Below the pieces are notes generated by a model. It saw only the letters and a list, made by a program, of their open reading frames with translations. It was not told the DNA's origin and ran no database searches. The translations under genes were made by a program, and so were the position numbers. This document shows positions 26,145 through 33,335 of a DNA stretch of 36,194 nt, in pieces (position 1 is the stretch's first letter; each line of letters starts with the position of its first letter). Source of the stretch: a virus (Duplodnaviria > Caudoviricetes). The stretch is from positions 1-36,194 of IMG/VR virus record IMGVR_UViG_3300037882_001468; one strand, written 5' to 3'.

Positions 26145-26327
26145 ATGAGCTTACACCCATGCCATCATTGCAACGGCGGCGGCATCGTATCAGGTCAAGG
26201 GTGCTGTGGTCGCCCAAGATTTGGCGAGTGCTGTGGTAACGCTACTGAAGTGCCAGAACCATGCAATTATTGCGGCGGCACAGGTGATTATTATAACGGA
26301 GAGCAAGAAGATGACACAAGAAACTAA
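26145..26327 (+). CDS. Small DnaJ-type zinc-finger protein
   Basis: CHHCNGGG and CNYCGGTG (CxxCxGxG) motifs plus two CC pairs. Confidence 0.75.
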   Translation: MSLHPCHHCNGGGIVSGQGCCGRPRFGECCGNATEVPEPCNYCGGTGDYYNGEQEDDTRN

Positions 26328-26703
26328 ACACCTATGGGAAATTGAACACCCATACTACTGCAACGAGGGCAATTATTTTGCCAGTGAAAAAGTTGGCACT
26401 GATTATAGAACATTTTCAGAATTTTTAGAGGCCGAGGGAAGTCAAGATGAAGACTTGAACTTGATTTTTCGCTGGGATTGGCAAGAGGGTGAAGACCATG
26501 AACTGCCAACATACAATGGCGACAACTACTACCGCAACGGCAGGCTTATGCTTTTTTATATGGGCCAACGCAAAGGGCTTTATAGATATGTTAGCGTAGA
26601 AGTGTGCCGCGCCGATGAACCTGCCGTGATTGAATTTTTAAAGCCACGCTGGGAACATATGAAATTACTTTGGGAGGGCATTAGCGATGACCCAAGAAAC
26701 TAA
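26311..26703 (+). CDS. Hypothetical phage protein
   Basis: Likely start MTQETKHLWE at 26311 after GGAG; HPYYCNEGNY..NLIFRWDW. Confidence 0.75.
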   Translation: MTQETKHLWEIEHPYYCNEGNYFASEKVGTDYRTFSEFLEAEGSQDEDLNLIFRWDWQEGEDHELPTYNGDNYYRNGRLMLFYMGQRKGLYRYVSVEVCRADEPAVIEFLKPRWEHMKLLWEGISDDPRN

Positions 26704-27271
26704 ACTAACCGAGCCAGTCCAAGCCGGCCTGTGGTATCAGACAAACGGCGGTTCCATCACTTGCATTAACCACGATGTTGGCGATTGCCCATACCCTATG
26801 CACGCTAATAATGGTCAATGTTATGACCGTGAGGGTAAATTAAAGTGGTATAATGATTTTTACGACCTCATCAAATGCCTTGGCGCAGACCCTTTTAATC
26901 AGGCGGTTAATGAATATGGGGACAACAACGAAACCAGCTACACCCGCACCGACATACACGAGCAGACAAAGGCCGAGCTAGAGCGCACCGACAAGACTCT
27001 TAAAGACCTTTCAAAAAGCTATGTTGAGTTATCCCATGGGGCAGCACAACAAGCCTTAGAGCTAGAGCGGGTTAAGCAAAGCCATGCCGAGTTAAAAGAA
27101 AAGTATGAGAACGAAAATTGGCAATATAAAATGGCTTACAGAAAATTATTAACTATTTTGGTGTGGTTGCAAATACCTACTAACGCTGCCAATTTAACAG
27201 AGAAACAATTATTTGAAATAAAACGAGCTATAGCAAACGCAGAAAAGGTGGTGGGTAATGACAATGCTTAA
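26687..27271 (+). CDS. Hypothetical mosaic protein with coiled-coil C-terminus
   Basis: GGAGG RBS, overlaps its neighbours. Confidence 0.75.
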   Translation: MTQETKLTEPVQAGLWYQTNGGSITCINHDVGDCPYPMHANNGQCYDREGKLKWYNDFYDLIKCLGADPFNQAVNEYGDNNETSYTRTDIHEQTKAELERTDKTLKDLSKSYVELSHGAAQQALELERVKQSHAELKEKYENENWQYKMAYRKLLTILVWLQIPTNAANLTEKQLFEIKRAIANAEKVVGNDNA

Positions 27272-27581
27272 ACCATTTTTTATGCCGCTAAAAACAGAAT
27301 ATTTTGAGCAATTCAAGAATGGCACTAAGAGCTATGAACTTAGGAAATATTCTAATAGGTTTTGCAGGGCTAAATTCCCTATAGGTAGGCATGTTATATT
27401 ATCTAAGGGCTATGGGAAAAAACATAGGCTTATAGGAACTGTTGCACACATAAACATAGTAATGGCAGATGAACTTTCTATCATTGACCGTAAAGCTGTT
27501 GTTGATTGCTATGGCAATGGTGAAATAAAAATAATTCAAATTTGGCTTAAAGATATAACCGAGGTGCAACATGACAATTAA
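27258..27581 (+). CDS. ASCH/PUA-domain protein
   Basis: LKTEYFEQFKNGTKSYELR..GRHVIL motif. Confidence 0.8.
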   Translation: MTMLKPFFMPLKTEYFEQFKNGTKSYELRKYSNRFCRAKFPIGRHVILSKGYGKKHRLIGTVAHINIVMADELSIIDRKAVVDCYGNGEIKIIQIWLKDITEVQHDN

Positions 27582-27957
27582 ATATACCTATAGCGATGGC
27601 GGGGAATACTATTCAGGCGAATATGCCTCAAGACAAAAGGCTATATATGATAACCGCACAAATAAAGACGAAACTTGCTATACAGCTATTATTGACCACA
27701 TTAAGTTTAAAGACCTTTGCATACACCCCGATGCTATCATACAACACGCCCAAGAATGTGCCTTTGATATTGTTGGCGAGCTTGCAGATGATTATCTAAT
27801 AGATGTCACACCAGACCAGATAAAAGCCATAAGCGAAGGCTTGCCAAAAGTGATACACAGCTTATTCAAAAAGCATGGTGTTGCATTAACGCCAAAGTTT
27901 TATGGCGTTAGAGATGTTATAGAACACGAAGGAGAAGACAGCGATGAAAATAATTAG
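27571..27957 (+). CDS. Hypothetical protein
   Basis: GAGGTG RBS, coupled to its neighbours. Confidence 0.75.
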   Translation: MTIKYTYSDGGEYYSGEYASRQKAIYDNRTNKDETCYTAIIDHIKFKDLCIHPDAIIQHAQECAFDIVGELADDYLIDVTPDQIKAISEGLPKVIHSLFKKHGVALTPKFYGVRDVIEHEGEDSDENN

Positions 27958-28384
27958 CAGACCAAGGGGGGGCGGCAAAACCTACGACGCTGTAAATTTA
28001 TGCCGTGAAACAGGCGCTCATTTAATTGTGCATAACATATCTGAGGCCAGAAGGGTTTTAACCGAATATCCTGATATGCATGGCATGGTGTTAGACTATA
28101 GCACAATAATGGCCTGTGGCTTAAATGGCATTAGGAATGTTGTTATTGATAACATAGAACTATTCTTACAAAACCTATTAAGAACAAATATATCTGCCAT
28201 AACCACAAATTATAAGACTTACACAACGGCCCAATATCTAACAGATGCCATGTTTGAAGTTATCAAAGCCAATACTATTAGCGATGGCATCGGGGCGCAC
28301 TACACCTTTGAAGGTGACTTTGGCAACTGGGCCTATCTTTATGGGCAATTACGCAAAACCGCAGCACAGGAGAAAAGCAAATGA
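27944..28384 (+). CDS. Small P-loop NTPase-like protein
   Basis: N-terminal IISRPRGGGKT and later VVIDN (Walker B-like). Confidence 0.6.
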   Translation: MKIISRPRGGGKTYDAVNLCRETGAHLIVHNISEARRVLTEYPDMHGMVLDYSTIMACGLNGIRNVVIDNIELFLQNLLRTNISAITTNYKTYTTAQYLTDAMFEVIKANTISDGIGAHYTFEGDFGNWAYLYGQLRKTAAQEKSK

Positions 28385-28683
28385 GCGATGTTAAACCAAT
28401 AATTATACCAAGAGAATTAATGATTGAAAACACACAGCCTGACAGTTTTATTTATAAGCAGAATTTAATTAAGGTTTCCCCTGACAGACCGCCCACAGTT
28501 GAGCCAGCAGTGCTACTTAGCGAAGTGCTGGAGTTGTTGCGGGAACATGAGAAATATTTTGAAGATAGAGTTTTAGCGTTACCGCATTTAGCAATGAGCG
28601 CTGGTGTGCATAAAACAAGAGCTGCTTTTTGCAGAAAACTAGTAAAACAGCTAATTAAAAAATACGGGGCAAACAATGATTAA
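28381..28683 (+). CDS. Hypothetical protein
   Basis: AGGAG RBS, ATGA overlap. Confidence 0.7.
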   Translation: MSDVKPIIIPRELMIENTQPDSFIYKQNLIKVSPDRPPTVEPAVLLSEVLELLREHEKYFEDRVLALPHLAMSAGVHKTRAAFCRKLVKQLIKKYGANND

Positions 28684-28840
28684 ATATAGCATATGGCACG
28701 ACTGGAACGCCGTTAAATATCGCTTGGCTTTTTTTAAGGTTGGCCTACACGCCTACAACAGCTTCAAAGAATGGGAATTTACTCTTGAAGTGCTAGGCAT
28801 TGGCTTTGATGTAACATTAGATTTTAGTGGTGAAAAATGA
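28676..28840 (+). CDS. Small hypothetical protein (54 aa, not in track)
   Basis: MIKYSIWHDW...DFSGEK*, GGGG RBS, ATGA overlap with the next gene. Confidence 0.65.
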   Translation: MIKYSIWHDWNAVKYRLAFFKVGLHAYNSFKEWEFTLEVLGIGFDVTLDFSGEK

Positions 28841-29022
28841 CAGACAAAAAACAAACACAAGCCGCATCTAGCAATATTGAAAACTGTAAATTTTGCAACC
28901 AACCACCCAAACTAGTGGAATGGTCAAGTGGCAATTTTAAAGTTATTTGTTTTTACAAAGATTGCCCCGATAATAATAAAAATAAAGCTATAGCAGAATG
29001 GAATAAAGAAAATGCAAAATAA
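28837..29022 (+). CDS. Lar-like (restriction alleviation) zinc-binding protein
   Basis: CKFC..VIC....C..KAIAEWN. Confidence 0.65.
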   Translation: MTDKKQTQAASSNIENCKFCNQPPKLVEWSSGNFKVICFYKDCPDNNKNKAIAEWNKENAK

Positions 29023-29353
29023 CCAAGCTATCAAATCGTGTTCATTTTGTGAAAGCGAGGCTAAAGATACCAGCCATAGCTCGTGCGATTGCTGCGGCAA
29101 GCACTATAACGGACAAGTTACCTGCCAGCAATGTGGGGCACAGCTAACGCATTTTGATACAAATTTAGAAGCCATTGCGGCATGGAATAAGCGGCCATCA
29201 AATTCAGCGCCAATGGTGCCGTTAGATGAGTTACTTGAATTATTGAAGCGTTTAGAAAGCAAGGATATAAGTCTTCAATTTGCTATTCATAAATTACAAT
29301 ATGTTTATGGGCAAAAACACCCAAATGCTTACAAATTTATAGGGGTAAAATAA
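29012..29353 (+). CDS. Lar-family restriction alleviation protein
   Basis: SCSFC..VTCQQCG..EAIAAWNKR. Confidence 0.75.
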   Translation: MQNNQAIKSCSFCESEAKDTSHSSCDCCGKHYNGQVTCQQCGAQLTHFDTNLEAIAAWNKRPSNSAPMVPLDELLELLKRLESKDISLQFAIHKLQYVYGQKHPNAYKFIGVK

Positions 29354-29517
29354 TGTATAAAGTTGAATATAAAACATACACAATATTTTTGGGCTTAATT
29401 GACACCAAGATAAAGCAATATCGCTTTAAGTGGTGGGCCAAGCTTATGGGGTGGAACTGTAACGGTGCACCAATTTGCAGGTTTGGATTTATGACAGCTA
29501 GATTATTAGAGGATTAA
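29353..29517 (+). CDS. Small hypothetical protein (54 aa, not in track)
   Basis: MYKVEYKTYTIF...RLLED*, AGGGG RBS, TAATG coupling. Confidence 0.6.
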   Translation: MYKVEYKTYTIFLGLIDTKIKQYRFKWWAKLMGWNCNGAPICRFGFMTARLLED

Positions 29518-29518
29518 A

Positions 29519-30088
29519 ATGCTATATTTTGTTGGCCACGCCCATGTTGAAAAATGCCAGATGTTTGCCGAGAAGGTTGTTCGCAGCTTTACAAAAAATA
29601 AACGATATAGGCCCTTGCCAATGGGCGGCATGCGCATTGAAGAGAGTGTGCCTATGCAGTATGCCGCCAGAATTAGCGAGCTTGCTGTGGCCCTTTATTT
29701 GGGCTTAGACACCAAAGCGCTTAATTGGCAGACTGGCACAGATGGCGGATATGATATTTTGGCCCCAAACGGCCTGCGGATTGACGTTAAATGTTCGCGC
29801 TCACCATATGCCACAAGGTTGATTTGGCCAGTAACAAAAACAAAACAGCTAGAAAAAGACAACTTTGACATCTTGGTTTTTTGCAAGGCCTTAGATGTTA
29901 ATAAAAATAAGCTTGGCCATGCGGTTGATATTGTGGGAGCCATAACAAAGCAAGATTTTGTGGCCAAGGCTAAAAAATCCTTTGGCAATTCGGGCGTTAT
30001 AGATGGAAGTTTATTTTTTCCTGCTATTGGGCTTGACAGCATAGAGGCAGTTATGGCACAATTAGATAACATTAAGAAAGAAAGCTAG
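29519..30088 (+). CDS. PD-(D/E)XK nuclease-like protein
   Basis: SELAVALYLG..DGGYDI..IDVK..FDILVF motif pattern; GAGG RBS. Confidence 0.75.
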   Translation: MLYFVGHAHVEKCQMFAEKVVRSFTKNKRYRPLPMGGMRIEESVPMQYAARISELAVALYLGLDTKALNWQTGTDGGYDILAPNGLRIDVKCSRSPYATRLIWPVTKTKQLEKDNFDILVFCKALDVNKNKLGHAVDIVGAITKQDFVAKAKKSFGNSGVIDGSLFFPAIGLDSIEAVMAQLDNIKKES

Positions 30089-30090
30089 AC

Positions 30091-30318
30091 ATGAAACCCA
30101 CACCAGCACAATTAAAAATCACCAAAGCCCAATCAGATGTTTTTGAAATTCTGAAAAAGCGAGAGCGCAAAGGCCTTACATCAACTGCCAGCGACATATC
30201 GGCAGAATGGGGCAATCGCTCAAAGTGCTATGTTTATCGCGTGGTGCAAGTGCTAGTTGATGCGCGCCTTGTTGAGCGCTATTCGCGCCGCTATTACAAA
30301 GTCAATTTACAAACTTGA
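30091..30318 (+). CDS. LexA-N-like winged-helix DNA-binding protein (no peptidase domain)
   Basis: TKAQSDVFEIL..STASDISAEWGNRSKCYVYRVVQVLVDARLVER. Confidence 0.7.
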   Translation: MKPTPAQLKITKAQSDVFEILKKRERKGLTSTASDISAEWGNRSKCYVYRVVQVLVDARLVERYSRRYYKVNLQT

Positions 30319-30342
30319 CCGAAAAATAAAACGACCTATAAT
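30315..30342 (+). promoter_or_regulatory. sigma70 promoter for the HNH cassette
   Basis: TTGACC-N16-TATAAT. Confidence 0.7.
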
Positions 30343-30347
30343 AATTT

Positions 30348-30392
30348 TGGGCAGAGCAAGCGAGGTTGCGTTTAACACTCTTGCTTTGCCCA
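30348..30392 (+). promoter_or_regulatory. 5' leader hairpin of the HNH transcript
   Basis: TGGGCAGAGCAAG/CTTGCTTTGCCCA, 13 bp with one G-U, starting at the predicted TSS. Confidence 0.7.
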
Positions 30393-30411
30393 TCAATTAT
30401 AAAGGGCTGAT

Positions 30412-30867
30412 ATGGGCGACTACAACCCACACATGATTTACAATTGGTATAGGGAAGTAAAAGCCCAAAGCACTTGCCCTAGCTGCCAAATTATGCAGCC
30501 GACCGCCACCCCCATTGAATACCACCACCTAGACCGCGCCAGTAAATGCGATACGATTAGCAACCTTGTTTATAACCTAGCCCCTTTGCCCATTATCATG
30601 GCAGAGACATTTAAGGTGCTGCCATTATGCCACAATCACCATCAGCGCTACCACAGGCTTGACCGCTACGGCCATACCGATATAATTCACAAGCTATATG
30701 ATTTTGAAAACGACAAGTTTTATCAAAAATCCATCATGGATTTTCACGCTATGGCTTGGGCAAATGCACCACGGCCAATGCAAAGCAGCTATTTAGATTA
30801 TCTTAAAAATGGTTTTGATATGTTGGGCTTTGGCTATAAGCCGCGCAAAGCCCTAAATTATGGCTGA
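30412..30867 (+). CDS. HNH-family endonuclease-like protein
   Basis: CPSC..IEYHHLD..K..IS..KVLPLCHNHHQRYH zinc-finger HNH pattern. Confidence 0.8.
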   Translation: MGDYNPHMIYNWYREVKAQSTCPSCQIMQPTATPIEYHHLDRASKCDTISNLVYNLAPLPIIMAETFKVLPLCHNHHQRYHRLDRYGHTDIIHKLYDFENDKFYQKSIMDFHAMAWANAPRPMQSSYLDYLKNGFDMLGFGYKPRKALNYG

Positions 30868-30949
30868 TTTGGCCTTGATAATCATATTAGCAATAGGGTT
30901 TCGTGCCATGTGGAAATTTTACCGCAAATATTTTCTAAACGGCCTATAG
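30860..30949 (+). CDS. Putative 29-aa membrane micropeptide (not in track)
   Basis: MADLALIIILAIGFRAMWKFYRKYFLNGL*; overlaps the HNH stop; no clear RBS. Confidence 0.45.
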   Translation: MADLALIIILAIGFRAMWKFYRKYFLNGL

Positions 30950-31032
30950 ATGGTGCGCCGCCCACACAATGTAAATAATGGGAAATGCGTAGGCGGCCGC
31001 CAATTAAAACCACACTTTTACAGTTTTGTCAA
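30950..31032 (-). ncRNA. Putative antisense RNA with own promoter and 5' hairpin
   Basis: TTGACA(31032-31027)-N18-TTTAAT, then GCCGCCTACGCA/TGTGTGGGCGGC, a 12-bp stem whose G-U pairs form only on the minus strand. Confidence 0.55.
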
Positions 31033-31036
31033 AGCC

Positions 31037-31630
31037 CTACATTAAGGCAATCAAAACCATCTTAAACACCAAATAAGCCCACGGCAGCGCGTGTAAGCCA
31101 CCATAACTTTGCTCGCCAACAGTCCATGCATTAAACCACTTATTGCCACCAAACCAAAACCAAACACCCGAATAGCATAAAGGCATCAAAAACAAGGCAG
31201 GCAAATAAAGCAGCGCCAATTGCCAGCTATAGCCAAAACCCACCACAACCATAAGCGGCAAACACCACGAGGCCGAGCGCAAACACACAATTTGTGCCCA
31301 CCACGATTTTTGGTTTTTGCGAAATGCGTCATCTACTTCATCACGGAATAGGCTATAAGACTGCCCGAGGCGTTGTGCAAGGGCCATAAGCACAGCCAGC
31401 CACCAAATACCAGTCAGCAACCCAGAGGCCCCCACAAGCAGCGCATGAACAGTTTTTAGGTGTGGTATGCTGGCGCCATCGGCCATTTGCTCAGGCGTGT
31501 AAAAGCCTTGCTCAATTCCCCCGCCACGCAGCAGCCAATTGCTTAAACCATACGCCAAAATCACTAGGCTGGCCGCCATTAGCGCTGTTTCTGTTTTGTG
31601 GCTGATTGCCCACATCAATAATTGGTCCAT
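31037..31630 (-). CDS. Multi-pass membrane protein, last gene of the lysis cassette
   Basis: 197 aa, several hydrophobic W/L-rich helices, AAGGGG RBS; overlaps the endolysin by 119 nt. Confidence 0.75.
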   Translation of the reverse strand: MDQLLMWAISHKTETALMAASLVILAYGLSNWLLRGGGIEQGFYTPEQMADGASIPHLKTVHALLVGASGLLTGIWWLAVLMALAQRLGQSYSLFRDEVDDAFRKNQKSWWAQIVCLRSASWCLPLMVVVGFGYSWQLALLYLPALFLMPLCYSGVWFWFGGNKWFNAWTVGEQSYGGLHALPWAYLVFKMVLIALM

Positions 31631-32078
31631 GCTCAGCCCCCTTATATGGCGTTAAAAACAAATCTCTTTCAATGGCGCGGCGTTTAACAAGGCCATTTAG
31701 CTTTTTACCGCCTGCAAACACCCATTTTTCAAATTGCTCAGCCGCCTCTTGCCATGCGCTTGCATTAACCTTGCGGCATAATGTGCTGCCTTTATATGCC
31801 GTGGCCCCCAGATTATAGCAGAAGCTGGCAATAGCACACAATTTATTTGGGTAACTAGCCAGAATGGGGGATATTTTCAAAGCAGATGACACAAATCTAG
31901 CACAATCTGCCTGCATACGCCGCTCAGCCCACTCAATTGTAACAGGCGGGTGCGACATGGTAATGTCACGCCCAGTGCTGCCATATCCTATTGTAGCCAC
32001 ACCAGCGGGGCACAGATAAGGCTTTAGCCTTAGCCCCTCATATTTACGCACAATTTGATAAAGCGGCTCCAAGTCCAT
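31512..32078 (-). CDS. Endolysin, GH24 lysozyme
   Basis: YEGLRLKPYLCPAGVATIGYG, SFCYNLG, STL and WVFAGGKKLNGLVKRR..E. Confidence 0.95.
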   Translation of the reverse strand: MDLEPLYQIVRKYEGLRLKPYLCPAGVATIGYGSTGRDITMSHPPVTIEWAERRMQADCARFVSSALKISPILASYPNKLCAIASFCYNLGATAYKGSTLCRKVNASAWQEAAEQFEKWVFAGGKKLNGLVKRRAIERDLFLTPYKGAEHGPIIDVGNQPQNRNSANGGQPSDFGVWFKQLAAAWRGN

Positions 32079-32551
32079 TATTTTTTACGCAAACTTCTAT
32101 CCACAAACCAAAAGCTTATAATGCTGCTAACGATAGATTTTTCATTAGGGCCCCACAAACCTAAAATTGCCGATGTGTAAGTTTCACCCGCATCAATCAG
32201 CACAAAATATTGGGCGGCCAAGGCCACGCTATACAACACAATCACCCACCAAAATGTGATAACAGGCCGCATCAGCGAGCTAATAGCATCAACCCAGCCA
32301 ATGCCAGTAACTGTAGCTTGGGCTTTAGTTGCGGACACGATGGCTTGCACTTCGGCAAGGCCAAGTGCGCCACTGTTTTTAGTGGCTTCTAAATTTATAG
32401 ATTGGTCAGTTTTAAGCTTTTCAAGATTGAACTGTTTATCAACCATCACGGCCTCATGGGCACGCTCATTTTTACGGTCAAACATTTTCATAGCTTCGGG
32501 GATAACACGAAAAGCGCCACCAACCAAAGACCCTAAAATAGTTTCAAGCAT
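32078..32551 (-). CDS. Holin (3TM / GTA-holin-like)
   Basis: WVDAISSLMRPVIT..TM..IISFWFVDRSLRK motif; coupled to the lysozyme gene. Confidence 0.8.
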   Translation of the reverse strand: MLETILGSLVGGAFRVIPEAMKMFDRKNERAHEAVMVDKQFNLEKLKTDQSINLEATKNSGALGLAEVQAIVSATKAQATVTGIGWVDAISSLMRPVITFWWVIVLYSVALAAQYFVLIDAGETYTSAILGLWGPNEKSIVSSIISFWFVDRSLRKK

Positions 32552-32552
32552 A

Positions 32553-32666
32553 TTACCCCCCCATACTAGCTAACATTTGCGTTCTTGTTTCAATTTTTTT
32601 ACCTGCATATTTTTTGCCGCCATTTGGGGCAGGCTTGGGTTTAGGCATCGGTTTTGATTTCTTCAT
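32553..32666 (-). CDS. Small basic K/P-rich peptide (37 aa, not in track)
   Basis: MKKSKPMPKPKPAPNGGKKYAGKKIETRTQMLASMGG* fills the gap exactly; weak RBS. Confidence 0.4.
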   Translation of the reverse strand: MKKSKPMPKPKPAPNGGKKYAGKKIETRTQMLASMGG

Positions 32667-32676
32667 GGACTTTTTC

Positions 32677-33048
32677 TTAATAGCCATTTTTCGCCTCCCT
32701 AAAATCTTGTTCAACTCTATTTAATCGCACTCCAAGGCCTTTAACATCGCCCTTAATAATGCCAGTTTCTTTTTCAATAGCTGTCACACGCTCATCAGTT
32801 TTTTCTTGGTTTTTTTGCAAACCTTGCAGGGTTTTATCTATATTGGTTAGCGTAACATTGCCAACAGCCTGTTTTGTAACCATAACAGTAAGCGTTGCGC
32901 TCATTTCTTTATTGGTAGCAAGTTGTGCTTTAACCATAAATCCAATGACAGTTACAGCAACGGCAAAAAACAAACCTAATATGGGCATAACAAACTTTGT
33001 AAAAGCCCACTCCATAGCCAGAAACTTGTCAAAAACTTGCTTAACCAT
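32677..33048 (-). CDS. Single-TM coiled-coil lysis-region protein
   Basis: One TM helix followed by a coiled coil; GAGG RBS. Confidence 0.7.
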   Translation of the reverse strand: MVKQVFDKFLAMEWAFTKFVMPILGLFFAVAVTVIGFMVKAQLATNKEMSATLTVMVTKQAVGNVTLTNIDKTLQGLQKNQEKTDERVTAIEKETGIIKGDVKGLGVRLNRVEQDFREAKNGY

Positions 33049-33050
33049 AA

Positions 33051-33335
33051 CTAAACCTCTTTAACTTCCTGCGCCTCAACCTCATAAGGCAATTCAGCTT
33101 TAATTTTAGCATAAAGACCATCAATAAAAACGTCATCAACTTCGCCACGCTTATAGCGGATTGCGTAAATATCAACTTCATTGGCATAGCGCTCAGCACG
33201 ACGTTGTGCAATGTAGTTATTGCGCTCTTCAAGCGTTGGAGGCAATGGCAAAGCCGCTATTTCTTCAGGTGTTAGATAGACAATAGTTTCTTCACCAGTT
33301 ACAACATCAATTGAAGTTCCAAAATATTTACTCAT
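33051..33335 (-). CDS. Tail fibre assembly/chaperone-like protein
   Basis: 94 aa right after the fibre gene; LTPEEIAAL..RRAERY..KIKAELP. Confidence 0.6.
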   Translation of the reverse strand: MSKYFGTSIDVVTGEETIVYLTPEEIAALPLPPTLEERNNYIAQRRAERYANEVDIYAIRYKRGEVDDVFIDGLYAKIKAELPYEVEAQEVKEV

